A stretch of DNA of 64,000 nucleotides. Origin: Thermoanaerobaculia bacterium (lineage in GTDB: Bacteria > Acidobacteriota > Thermoanaerobaculia > Gp7-AA8). Where the stretch lies: positions 17,546 to 81,545 of the forward strand of contig JADGNY010000007.1 of assembly GCA_017883235.1 (NCBI GenBank). Reading direction: 5' to 3'. The notes under the pieces are model-generated. The model saw nothing but the letters and a program-made list of their open reading frames with translations, was not told the origin of the DNA and searched no databases. A program made the position numbers and the translations under genes. Shown piece by piece: positions 1 through 9,003 of this stretch. How positions within the stretch are numbered: position 1 is the first letter of the stretch; every line of letters starts with the position of its first letter.

Positions 1-1
1 C

Positions 2-490
2 CGCGACTCCCTCGACCTCCGCGTCGACGGCACCATCGACCGCATCGATGCCCGTCCGGACGGTTACCGCATCATCGACTACAAGGGCGGCAAGGCCACA
101 CGCCACAAGGAGCTCGGCTCGAAAATCGATCGCGGCGTCCGCCTGCAGCTTGCGCTCTACGCAATGGCGGTGTCGCAGTTCTTCGGTGCCGATGCAGCAT
201 CCGTCAGCGGGGCGATCAAGCCGCTCGTCACCAGCGAAACGAACGCCAGAAAATTCGCCTTCGCGCTGGCCGAAAAGGAAACGGCGCTCCGCGAGACGCT
301 CGATCTGTTCGTCACCTCGATCCTCAACGGCATCTTCCCGGCCTTTCCGGCGGACGATGATGCCGACTTCAATGCCTGCAAGTACTGCCCGGTGAATCAC
401 TCCTGCCGCACGAAACACGACTTCACCGAGAAGTATCTGGTCACGCGCCATCGGGAGCCGCGTACGCTCCTCGGCGGAGGCTCGGATTGA
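2..490 (+). CDS. PD-(D/E)XK nuclease, AddB/RecB-like C-terminal end (5' part lies outside the window)
   Basis: The frame is open from the window edge. It has an IDRID...IIDYKGG nuclease motif and a C-terminal CKYCPVNHSC cysteine cluster. Its stop overlaps the start of the downstream helicase. Confidence 0.7.
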   Translation, partial: RDSLDLRVDGTIDRIDARPDGYRIIDYKGGKATRHKELGSKIDRGVRLQLALYAMAVSQFFGADAASVSGAIKPLVTSETNARKFAFALAEKETALRETLDLFVTSILNGIFPAFPADDDADFNACKYCPVNHSCRTKHDFTEKYLVTRHREPRTLLGGGSD

Positions 491-3400
491 GCGCCATCGC
501 CGTCCAGTCGGCGTTCGCGTTCGAGAAACCGCGGCGCCGCAACGTCGTCATCGAGGCCGGCGCCGGCACCGGCAAGACCACAGCGATCGTGGCGGAGGTG
601 CTGAAGCTGCTGCTCGGCGACGAGACGCTTTCCCCCGAGCGCATCGTCCTCGTCACATTCACCGAGAAGGCTGCCGGCGAGATCGCCGACCGCATTCACC
701 AGGCGCTCACCGAACTGGCCCTTCGCTTCGACGCCGGCGACGACGTGACCTGGCCCATCGGCTCCGCCACGCCGCTCTTCGAGGTGCCGCCGGGCAAGCG
801 CGACGACTACCGGCGCGCGTGCATCGCACAACTCGGGCGCATCGAGTCGCTTCGTTCGCAGACGATTCATTCGTTCTGCCAGAGCCTCCTGCGCCAGTTC
901 CCGATCGAGGCCGGACTCGATCCGCAATTCACCATCATCGAAGGCTTCGAGCGCTCGCTCCTCTACGGCGAGTTGTACGACGCCTGGGTCGACGACGAGA
1001 CCCGCCTCCATCCCACCGCCGAGGCGCGGAGGGATTGGGAAGTGCTGCTCGAACATGTCGGCTACCTCTTCCTGGTCCGCAACATCATCCTGCCGCTCAT
1101 CGACCGGCGCGATCTCTTCCTCGACGATTCCTACGACCTCGGCGCGCTCGATCTGGTCGAGCACGAGCTGCTCATCGCCATCGACCGGCTGCGCGTCTGC
1201 GATGCCGATTCGGTCGCCGGCATCTGCGACTACCTGCGCGCCAATCCGTCGCCGCGCCGCGGAAGCGGCATCGAGACATGGCTGGAGTATCTGAAGCCGA
1301 TCGCGAACGTGATCCGCACCAGCGACCTGCCGAAAGGGAGAAAGGCCGAGTTCAACGAAGCCGTGCGCGTCCTGCGGGCGGATAAGGACAAGGGCAACTC
1401 CGTCTACGACCGCCTCTCCTCCCACCGCGCCGCGGTTTCCCTGCTGTCGATGATGCGCCGCTTCCTGAGTTTCCTGGATGCTGAGAAGCACAAGCGCGGC
1501 GTGGTCGACTTCGACGATCTCCTGCTGCGAACTCTGAGAGTGCTCGATGATGAAACCGTCCTCGAGCGCGTGCGTGGCCAGTTCGATTTCATCTTCGTCG
1601 ACGAGTTCCAGGACACCGACCGCGTGCAGGCGCGGATCATCGATCGCCTGGCGCGCGACCGGAGCGGCGCGCTGGTCGACGGACGGACGATCGTCGTCGG
1701 CGATCCGAAGCAGTCGATCTACGGCTTCCGCCGCGCCGACCCGGAGACCTACGACGCCTTCACGCGCGCGCTGATCGCCGCCGGCGCCGAGCATCGCAAG
1801 CTCCTCGACCAGTTCCGCAGCCATCCCCCGCTGCTCGACGCCGTCAACGCCATCTTCACGGATCTCTTCGCCGATGCCGCTCGCGATCCGAATGTGTTCC
1901 GGCCGGAGTATCACCGGCTGCGCGCTGCCAAAACGAATTCATTCGCAAGCGATGCGTCGATCACCGTCATCGACGCTCCCTTCGGCGCGCGCGACGACCG
2001 GTTCACCGCCGAGGCCGAGTCGATCGCGGCATGGATCGCGGCGCGCGGCGGTGACCTGAGGCGATACGCGCTCCTCTTCCGAAGGACGACGAAGCTCGAC
2101 GACTATCTCGATGTCTTCGAACGGCGCGGCATCCCGTACATCCTCCCGCCGACGCGCCTCTTTCTCGACCGTCCGGCACCGGTCGATCTGCTCGCCGTGC
2201 TGCGCGCCATTGCCTTCTCCTTCGACCGCGGCGCCGAAGTCTCCGCCGCGAGGACGCCGTACTTCGCGCTGACCGACGCGGAGATCGTTCGCAGGGATGA
2301 CACGTACGCCGGGTATCTCCAGGTTCTCGGCTCCCTCCGCGCCGCCGCGCAACACCTCACCGTCGCACAGCTCATCGACCTCGTCATCCGTACGTGCGGC
2401 ATCGAGGCGGTCTACGCGGCAGCAGCCGATGGAATGCGGTCGTTGCGGCATCTCGAACATGTCCGGGCCATCGCCTTTGCGTACGACCAGCGCATTGGCG
2501 GGTCGGTGCGGCAATTCGTCGATGAGATCTCGCGCCGCCGCGGCGATCCGGACGAGATGGAGCCGTCGCTGATCGACGAGGCCGGCGACGCCATCCGCAT
2601 CCTCACGGTTCATGCGGCCAAGGGGCTCGAATTCGACACGGTCATCCTCCCCGACCTCGAGTTCCCGCTGAAGTCTGCCGAGGTGTTTTTGGTAGACGAG
2701 CCCCGCAGCCTGGTGTTGCGCGGCCAGGTCGAGACGCTCTCCGCGCACTACGGCCGTGCCGGTGACGTGGCGCTGAAAGAGATCGGCAGCAGGCGTGAGG
2801 AGGCGGAGACCCGGCGGCTGTTCTACGTCGCCGTCACGCGCGCAAAAACCGAGGTCGTCTTCGTGACGAACGCAAAACCGCGAAAGGAAGGGTTCGCGCG
2901 CTATGTGGAGCAGATCTTCGACCTTCCCAACGCGCCATGGCCGCTGGAGCACGGACGTGTGATCAAGACGATGACGATCGGAGGGGATGCCGTTCCGATC
3001 GCGTTCGCGCGTGTCGCCACAGAGGGCACCGGAACGCGCACGCGGCGGAGGCTGGCGGATGCCGCACTCGAAGCGGAGCTGGCGGCGTCGCCGATCGTTG
3101 AACCGTCATTGCCGGCGCCGGCCGCACTCCCGGAAACGCTCCTTCGCGGTGATGTGCTCATCCGCCGCGCCTCCTCGCAGAAACGGGGCGCCGGAATCCT
3201 CCTGCACCGCATCCTGGAGCTGTGGGACGGCAACTCCCCCATCGAGCCGCTCCTCACGTCGATCACCATCGAGCAGGCAGCCGACGCCGCGACGGCCGCG
3301 CTCGTCCGCAAGCGTCTGGCCACCGTCAGCAAATCGAAGACGTTCAACCGCATCGCCAGCGCCGAAACGCTCGGCCGCGAGTTTCCTCTCCTGACACCAG

Positions 3401-3615
3401 GCGGCGAGCGCCGCATCGACCGGTTTCTGCGCGAGAACGGGACGGATCTCATCGTCGATTACAAGAGCGGACAACCGTCGGAGACTCGGGTGGCGTTGGA
3501 CCGCAAACAGGTAGCCCAGTATTGCCAGGCCATGAGCGCGATCACGGGAAAGCCGTGCAAAGGGTTGCTCTGGTACATCGATGTGGATGTTGATGAGGCC
3601 GTCCCAGTCGATTGA
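487..3615 (+). CDS. UvrD/AddA-type ATP-dependent helicase-nuclease
   Basis: 1042 aa. Walker A GAGTGKTT, FVDEFQDTD (motif II), VGDPKQSIYGFRRAD, TVHAAKGLEF, YVAVTRAK, and a C-terminal LIVDYKSG nuclease motif. Confidence 0.88.
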   Translation: MSAIAVQSAFAFEKPRRRNVVIEAGAGTGKTTAIVAEVLKLLLGDETLSPERIVLVTFTEKAAGEIADRIHQALTELALRFDAGDDVTWPIGSATPLFEVPPGKRDDYRRACIAQLGRIESLRSQTIHSFCQSLLRQFPIEAGLDPQFTIIEGFERSLLYGELYDAWVDDETRLHPTAEARRDWEVLLEHVGYLFLVRNIILPLIDRRDLFLDDSYDLGALDLVEHELLIAIDRLRVCDADSVAGICDYLRANPSPRRGSGIETWLEYLKPIANVIRTSDLPKGRKAEFNEAVRVLRADKDKGNSVYDRLSSHRAAVSLLSMMRRFLSFLDAEKHKRGVVDFDDLLLRTLRVLDDETVLERVRGQFDFIFVDEFQDTDRVQARIIDRLARDRSGALVDGRTIVVGDPKQSIYGFRRADPETYDAFTRALIAAGAEHRKLLDQFRSHPPLLDAVNAIFTDLFADAARDPNVFRPEYHRLRAAKTNSFASDASITVIDAPFGARDDRFTAEAESIAAWIAARGGDLRRYALLFRRTTKLDDYLDVFERRGIPYILPPTRLFLDRPAPVDLLAVLRAIAFSFDRGAEVSAARTPYFALTDAEIVRRDDTYAGYLQVLGSLRAAAQHLTVAQLIDLVIRTCGIEAVYAAAADGMRSLRHLEHVRAIAFAYDQRIGGSVRQFVDEISRRRGDPDEMEPSLIDEAGDAIRILTVHAAKGLEFDTVILPDLEFPLKSAEVFLVDEPRSLVLRGQVETLSAHYGRAGDVALKEIGSRREEAETRRLFYVAVTRAKTEVVFVTNAKPRKEGFARYVEQIFDLPNAPWPLEHGRVIKTMTIGGDAVPIAFARVATEGTGTRTRRRLADAALEAELAASPIVEPSLPAPAALPETLLRGDVLIRRASSQKRGAGILLHRILELWDGNSPIEPLLTSITIEQAADAATAALVRKRLATVSKSKTFNRIASAETLGREFPLLTPGGERRIDRFLRENGTDLIVDYKSGQPSETRVALDRKQVAQYCQAMSAITGKPCKGLLWYIDVDVDEAVPVD

Positions 3616-3665
3616 CATCGCACAGACAAGAGTAACTGTGCCACATAAAAACCCGTACCTCGCTT

Positions 3666-3857
3666 TGTCATCCTGAGCCGCCGGAGCCGCGTAATCGCGA
3701 CAGCGATTGCGCGGCGCAGGACGGTCGAAGGACCCCCAAATTGTTATCCCGGTAGGGCGGTGGAATAGTCGGCATTCCGCCACCCTGTCCGGGTTTCAGG
3801 CTGGGGGTCCTTCGGCGCGCTCTGCCCCTCCGGGGCTGCCGCCGCCTCAGGATGACA
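3666..3857. repeat. MITE-like rod hairpin element, family 1, copy A
   Basis: Termini are TGTCATCCTGAGCCGCCGGAGC ... GCCGCCTCAGGATGACA. Internal CGAAGGACCCCC pairs with GGGGGTCCTTCG. Near-identical to copies at 15699, 28767 and 30453. Confidence 0.8.
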
Positions 3858-3903
3858 GGTAACGCCGTAAGCGCTCGCTGCGGTCCGGTGAGAAACACGC
3901 CCG

Positions 3904-4599
3904 GTGCTCGCCGCAACTTACAATCCCTCCATGCCGTTGTACAAAGTCGCGCTCCTCTCCTTTGTCGCCCTGGTCACGATGGTGAACCCGCTGGCGGTCG
4001 CGCCATCGTTCATCGCCTTGACCGACGGCGCCTCGCGAAAGACCCGATCGAGTGTTGCGCTCGTCGCCGGCGTTTCCTGCATCGCCGTCCTCACCGTCTT
4101 CTTTCTGGCGGGGAACTACGTGTTCAAATTCTTCGGCATCACCGTGCCTGCGTTTCAGATCATGGGGGGTGTCCTCTTTCTGACGAATGCACTGCGCAGC
4201 CTGATCGCCGACGACCGGCGCGGGTTCAATGTCGGCGGCGAGAAACGGATCGAGGACAGCGACGTGGAGAAGGCCGATATCGATCCTTCGTCGATCGCCA
4301 TCGTTCCGATCGCCGTACCGATGCTCTCCGGTCCGGGCGCGATCACGTCGGTGATGGTGCTGGTGAACCTCTATCCTGAGATCGAGCAGCGCCTGGCCGT
4401 GATCGTAGCCATCGTCGCCGTTGGCGCCATCTCATGGCTCGTGCTGCTCTCCGCGCTGCCGCTCTCGCGCATCATCGGCGACCGCGGCCGCGCCGTCTTC
4501 ACGAAGATCATGTCGCTGCTCCTCGGCGCGATCGGTATCCAGTTCATCATCAACGGCTTGAAGCCGGTGGTGATCGAGATATTGAAGGCGGTGAGGTAG
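3904..4599 (+). CDS. MarC-family (UPF0056) integral membrane protein
   Basis: 231 aa and multi-TM. Has the N-terminal VNPLAVAPSFIALT motif typical of MarC. The start could instead be the MPLYKV codon 27 nt downstream. Confidence 0.7.
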   Translation: MLAATYNPSMPLYKVALLSFVALVTMVNPLAVAPSFIALTDGASRKTRSSVALVAGVSCIAVLTVFFLAGNYVFKFFGITVPAFQIMGGVLFLTNALRSLIADDRRGFNVGGEKRIEDSDVEKADIDPSSIAIVPIAVPMLSGPGAITSVMVLVNLYPEIEQRLAVIVAIVAVGAISWLVLLSALPLSRIIGDRGRAVFTKIMSLLLGAIGIQFIINGLKPVVIEILKAVR

Positions 4600-4629
4600 T
4601 GGATTCGATTCACGAATACAATCGCCGGC

Positions 4630-5058
4630 ATGACCAGAAAGCGCATCCTCTTCCTTTGCACAGGCAACGCCGCGCGGAGCCAGATGGCCGAGGGACTGAT
4701 GAGAGCGTTTTATGGAGATGAGGTCGACGTCGTCTCGGCCGGATCGAGGCCGGCGGGATGGGTTCATCCGCTGGCGATCGGAGCGCTCGCGGAGATCGGC
4801 ATCGACATCAGCGACGCGCAATCGAAAGGAGCCGAGCAATTCCTCGACCAACGATTCGACATCGTCGTCACCGTCTGCGACTCCGCCGCGCAGGACTGCC
4901 CCCTCTGGCCCGGCGCGGCGCGGATCGAGCACTGGCCGATCGAGGATCCGACCTTTGGCGACGAAAATGGGGGGGCTCGGTTTGCGGCGACGAGGGATGA
5001 ACTCCGGCGGCGGATTGAGGATCTAGCAAAAACACTGAACATTCAACATTGCCTTTAA
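4630..5058 (+). CDS. arsC: Arsenate reductase, LMW-PTP/thioredoxin-coupled type
   Basis: ILFLCTGNAARSQMAEG P-loop plus a VTVCDSAAQDCP cysteine pair. Confidence 0.8.
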   Translation: MTRKRILFLCTGNAARSQMAEGLMRAFYGDEVDVVSAGSRPAGWVHPLAIGALAEIGIDISDAQSKGAEQFLDQRFDIVVTVCDSAAQDCPLWPGAARIEHWPIEDPTFGDENGGARFAATRDELRRRIEDLAKTLNIQHCL

Positions 5059-5663
5059 GGCGAGAGTCGCTCCACCACCCAATCCTTAACATCGTTCCGC
5101 AGCCGGTACCAGAACCGGTCGTGCAACCGGTCAGTGCGGCCCTGCCAGAACTCGAAGAGCAGCGGAATGACGCGGTAGCCGCCCCAATGCGGCGGCCGCG
5201 GGATAGGAACGTCGCGATACGTCGTCGACAGCTCCTCGAAGCGGGCATCGAGCGCGCCGCGGCCGGCCAGGACACGGCTCTGTTCCGAGGCCCAGGCGCC
5301 GAGCTGGCTGCCGCGGGGACGGGTGGCGAAGTACTCGTCCGACTCTTCCTCCGTCGTCCGCACCACAGCCCCCTCGACCCGCACCTGCCGTTCCTGTGAT
5401 TGCCACCAGAACACCAGCGCCGCGCGAGGATTGTCATGGAGCTGCTTCGCCTTGCGGCTGCAGTAGTTCGTGTAGAACGCGAAGCCGCGATGATCGAACG
5501 ACTTGAGGAGGCAGACCCGCGCCGAGACTTCGCCATCGAGTCCTGACGTGGCCACCGTCATGGCCTCGGGCATGACGATGCCGGCGGCTGTCGCGGCGTC
5601 GAACCATCGTCCGAACTGCACGAAAGGATCGGGATCGAGATCGGTCTCCAATAACGGCGTCAC
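5055..5663 (-). CDS. pdxH: Pyridoxamine 5'-phosphate oxidase
   Basis: 202 aa. C-terminal IPLLFEFWQGRTDRLHDRFWY signature and RVCLLK...FYTNY motifs. Confidence 0.9.
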   Translation of the reverse strand: MTPLLETDLDPDPFVQFGRWFDAATAAGIVMPEAMTVATSGLDGEVSARVCLLKSFDHRGFAFYTNYCSRKAKQLHDNPRAALVFWWQSQERQVRVEGAVVRTTEEESDEYFATRPRGSQLGAWASEQSRVLAGRGALDARFEELSTTYRDVPIPRPPHWGGYRVIPLLFEFWQGRTDRLHDRFWYRLRNDVKDWVVERLSP

Positions 5664-5694
5664 TGAGTGCTCCTCCGCGGAAGATATCGCACGC

Positions 5695-6195
5695 TCATGC
5701 CGGCGGGTACCACTGATACAGAAAAAAATAGACGATCACGCCGGTCACGGAGACATACATCCAGAGCGGAAACGTCCATCGCGCGATGCGCCGGTGCTGC
5801 GGCACGCGCATCTTCAGACCGTAGCGCACCGAGAGGATGGCCATCGGAACGATGGTGATGGCCAGGATCGTGTGCGAGATGAGAATCGAAAAGTAGAGCG
5901 GCCGCACCCAGCCGGTGGCGGTGAAGCGCGTGACCACCCCGTGCCGCAGGATGTGATTCAGAACGTAGCAGGCCAGGAACACCAGCGACGTCACGCACGC
6001 CGCCAGCATGAACCGCTTGTGCCACTGGATCTTCCGGCGGCGAATGAGGATGTACGCGATCAGCAACAGCACACCGCTGGTGCCGTTGAGCGTTGCGTTG
6101 ATGGCGGGGAGGATGGTTTGCATCGGCGCCGGACTGTAGCATGTGGTTACGCGGTCTCGCCTTGGGGTTGCTTGGTTGCTCCCGGAACCCACCAA
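5695..6195 (-). CDS. DUF420-family membrane protein
   Basis: 166 aa with 4 predicted TM helices. Sits next to SCO1, as is typical of cytochrome-oxidase assembly neighbourhoods. Confidence 0.65.
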   Translation of the reverse strand: MVGSGSNQATPRRDRVTTCYSPAPMQTILPAINATLNGTSGVLLLIAYILIRRRKIQWHKRFMLAACVTSLVFLACYVLNHILRHGVVTRFTATGWVRPLYFSILISHTILAITIVPMAILSVRYGLKMRVPQHRRIARWTFPLWMYVSVTGVIVYFFLYQWYPPA

Positions 6196-6250
6196 CTCAG
6201 CAACTAACCCGCATCTCTCTCATTGGAATCGTCGGCACCCTGTTCTTCGT

Positions 6251-6440
6251 CGAGACCCTTCTCCCCCAGCGCTTTTCAGCTGGGGGAGAAGGTGCCGAAG
6301 GCGGATGAGGGGGCGCTTCACGAGGATGCGTCGTTAGCTCACGAGGAGTGACAAAACATGTTGCTAAACGCCCCCCTCATCCGCCTTCGGCACCTTCTCC
6401 CCCCGCAAAAAAACCGCGGGGGGAGAAGGGCTCTCGATAA
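6251..6440. repeat. Family 2 hairpin repeat: two inverted units
   Basis: CCTTCTCCCCCAGCGCTTTTCAGCTGGGGGAGAAGG + TGCCGAAGGCGGATGAGGGGGCG, followed about 55 bp later by its reverse complement. Related copy at 35417. Confidence 0.75.
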
Positions 6441-6593
6441 AGAGAGTGGCGAGAGGTTTCGGGGTGAAATGCTGCCGTGTGAAATCGTCGGCAGCCCCTA
6501 CATCGAGAAAGGGCGTTGCAAGTGATTCAGACAGCCTGTGAGAAATGCCGGTTAACCGACGGTTAACCGCGCGACCCCGCAACCGCGAGAGCA

Positions 6594-7160
6594 TCAGTCC
6601 TCGCGCAGCAGCTCGTTGACGACTCCCGCCACATGCGCGACCGCGTCATCGTTCGTTGCAGCGTAGTAGTCGCGGATGACGCCCTTCTTGTCGGCCACCG
6701 CAAACTTCACGCTGTGCAGCACCGACTCATTCGCCGAGTCGGTGGCATCGCCGGCGGCGAGCTTGAAGCCGTTCACCGACAGGTCGACGATGGTCTTGCG
6801 CTCGCCGGTGAGGAACATCCAGCGCGGATCGTTGCGGGCGTAGACGGCGTAGTCGCGGAGAACCTTCGGCGTGTCGCGGATCGGGTCGACACTGATGGAG
6901 ACGAAGCGCACCGGCGCGTCTTTCGGGATCTTTTTGGTCAGCTTCTGCATCGTCGCCGTCATCATCGGACAAGTGCCGGAGCAATGCGTGAAGATGAAGT
7001 CGTAGACCACCACCCGCCCTTTCATCTCGCTCATCTTCACCGGTTTGCCGGCCTCGCTGACGAGCCGCGCCTCGGGGATGGGAAAGAGTTTTGGCAGATC
7101 CGATTCGTGGTGGCAGGCAAGAGCAAGGAGGAACGCGGGGAGGAGGAGGCGCCTGGGCAT
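6594..7160 (-). CDS. SCO1/SenC copper chaperone (thioredoxin fold)
   Basis: Start chosen at MPRRLLLPAFLLALAC (signal/lipobox-like) inside the longer track ORF. Has the FTHCSGTCP (CxxxC) motif. Confidence 0.85.
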   Translation of the reverse strand: MPRRLLLPAFLLALACHHESDLPKLFPIPEARLVSEAGKPVKMSEMKGRVVVYDFIFTHCSGTCPMMTATMQKLTKKIPKDAPVRFVSISVDPIRDTPKVLRDYAVYARNDPRWMFLTGERKTIVDLSVNGFKLAAGDATDSANESVLHSVKFAVADKKGVIRDYYAATNDDAVAHVAGVVNELLRED

Positions 7161-7197
7161 CGGTGCGAAGCGTAGCACGTGATATGAGTGCACGGGC

Positions 7198-7986
7198 ATG
7201 GCCACCGGGTTGGAACAAAAGACCGTCGTCATCACCGGCGCGTCGAGCGGCATCGGCAGGGCGGCGGCGCTGGATTTCGCGCGCCGCGGCGCGAATCTCG
7301 TGCTGGCCGCGCGGCGCCAGGAGCTGCTCGACGAGGTAGCTACCGCCTGCCGCGCGCTCGGCGTCGATTGCAGAACCGTCGTCACCGACGTCACCCTTCG
7401 CTCCGACTGCCAGCACCTCATCGACGTCGCCGGCCATGTCGACGTCCTCGTCAACAACGCCGGCTTCGCCATCTTCGATCCGTTCGAATCGGCCAAGGCG
7501 GACGACCTCGAGGCCATGATGCAGACGAACTACTTCGGTGCGGTCTGGTGCGCGCAGGCGGTGTTGCCGCAGATGCTGGCCAGGGGGAGCGGAACGATCG
7601 TCAACGTCACCTCCATCGCCGGGATCATGGGGTACGCGCGGATGGGCGGCTATTGTGCAACGAAGTTCGCCATGATCGGCTTTTCCGAGACGCTGCGCGA
7701 CGAGGTCCTCGGGCGCGGCGTGCGCGTGGCCATGGTCTGCCCCGGCACCGTCGAAACGCAGTTCTTCGTGAAGGCCGAGCGCGGCAAGATGCCGGGCGCC
7801 TCGCGCCTGATCCTGGCCATCAAGCCGGAGACCGTGGCCCGGGCCATCGTCCGAGCTGCCCAGGATGGGAAGTACCGGCGCATCCTGCCGGTTGGAGCGG
7901 CCCTGTTCATGAAACTCAAAGAAGCCTTCCCGCGGCTCGCGCACATGCTGATGCGGCGCGTCTCGGCGGTGCTGGAGAAACATTGA
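7198..7986 (+). CDS. Short-chain dehydrogenase/reductase
   Basis: TGASSGIGRAAA cofactor motif, NNAG, and YCATKFA catalytic YxxxK. Confidence 0.85.
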   Translation: MATGLEQKTVVITGASSGIGRAAALDFARRGANLVLAARRQELLDEVATACRALGVDCRTVVTDVTLRSDCQHLIDVAGHVDVLVNNAGFAIFDPFESAKADDLEAMMQTNYFGAVWCAQAVLPQMLARGSGTIVNVTSIAGIMGYARMGGYCATKFAMIGFSETLRDEVLGRGVRVAMVCPGTVETQFFVKAERGKMPGASRLILAIKPETVARAIVRAAQDGKYRRILPVGAALFMKLKEAFPRLAHMLMRRVSAVLEKH

Positions 7987-8657
7987 TGAAGCGCAAGGCT
8001 CCCGTGACGATGACCCTGCTGGTGATGATCGCCATCGTCTTTCTGCTCGAGTTCCTTGTCGGCGGACCGCGGCAATCCCCGAGCTTGAACATCTTTGTTG
8101 CCGACGTCAATCCGCAGGTACTGACGGCTTTCGGCGCGATCCTCGGCGGAACCCTCGCTCGTCACGAATATTGGCGGCTTCTCGCGGCCATGTTCCTGCA
8201 CGCCAGCATCCTGCACTGGGCCGTCAATTCCTGGGCCCTTTATCAGCTCGGAACCTTGTATGAAGTGTTGTTCGGTTCGCGGCGGTTCATTCTGATCTAT
8301 CTCGCCACCGGCCTCTGCGCCTCGATCGCAAGCGCGGTCCATATCGGCAACGGAAATGGGGCTTCGGTCGGCGCCAGCGGCGCGATCTTCGGGATCCTCG
8401 GCGCCTTCATCTTCTCCATCCGGCGGTCACCGGTCTATCGCCATCAGCCGTGGACGCGCGGCCTCATCGCACAGCTCGTTTTCTGGATCATCATCAACGT
8501 CGCCATCACCTATGCGCTGCCGTTCATCGACAACGTGGCGCACATGGGAGGCCTGATCTCAGGCCTGCTCCTCGGATTGATCCCTCACCGCGTTCCGCCG
8601 CCTCCGCCCAGGGAGAGCGTGATCGATGTGGGGACGTTCGAGCAGCCGCCGCGGTAG
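7986..8657 (+). CDS. Rhomboid-family intramembrane serine protease
   Basis: ATG at 7986 overlaps the SDR stop. Has GASGAIFGILGA (GxSG) and AHMGGLISG (His) motifs and is multi-TM. Confidence 0.8.
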   Translation: MKRKAPVTMTLLVMIAIVFLLEFLVGGPRQSPSLNIFVADVNPQVLTAFGAILGGTLARHEYWRLLAAMFLHASILHWAVNSWALYQLGTLYEVLFGSRRFILIYLATGLCASIASAVHIGNGNGASVGASGAIFGILGAFIFSIRRSPVYRHQPWTRGLIAQLVFWIIINVAITYALPFIDNVAHMGGLISGLLLGLIPHRVPPPPPRESVIDVGTFEQPPR

Positions 8658-8707
8658 ACGTGGGCAGATCTCTTCCGCATCGCCGCGATAGTGGCATCGG
8701 AAGGTAG

Positions 8708-8906
8708 CCAGGGGTGCGAGCGGCTTTATCGCGAGCACCCCTGGGACCAACGTGAAAGGAATTGTGCCGCGTCAGCGGCATCGGATGGAGTGTCGCAACC
8801 TCCAGTGCCGCTAACGCGGCACGAATCCCATTGCGCTGTAACCAGGCGTGCTCGCGATGAAGCCGCTCTCACGCCTGGCTACCCTCTCGTGCCGCTAACG
8901 CGGCAT
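8708..8906. repeat. REP-like hairpin cluster
   Basis: Two CCAGG(G/C)GTGC...GCAC(C/G)CCTGG hairpins (8708-8744, 8842-8878). Three copies of the GTGCCGC-N4-GCGGCA(C/T) hairpin at 8764, 8805 and 8889. Confidence 0.65.
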
Positions 8907-9003
8907 CGTCCGCGGTCTCGCGGTGTATGGAATCGAGGACTCCGCCCAATCGCAAACCACCGCGAGACCGCGCAACTTCGAGACCGCGAGACCACAACCG
9001 CCT

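Noticed and set aside
397-1914. Long antisense or overlapping ORFs throughout the track, for example 397..1914(-), 6727..7983(-), 8923..10698(+), 16978..17880(+), 20503..21234(+), 23007..24026(-), 27189..28703(+), 29336..30532(+), 32884..33888(-), 34312..35340(+), and 46316..47401(+).
   Set aside because: They lie opposite or out of frame to genes with clear family motifs. They are Arg/Ala/Pro/Gly-rich with low complexity, as expected for shadow ORFs in high-G+C DNA, and none shows a recognisable motif.
3852-4379. ORFs initiated at the CAGGATGACA terminus of MITE copies A and B, by analogy with copy D.
   Set aside because: In copy A, the frame opened by the ATG overlaps marC out of frame and has shadow-ORF composition. 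In copy B, the ATG opens no substantial ORF. Only copy D leads into a recognisable protein.
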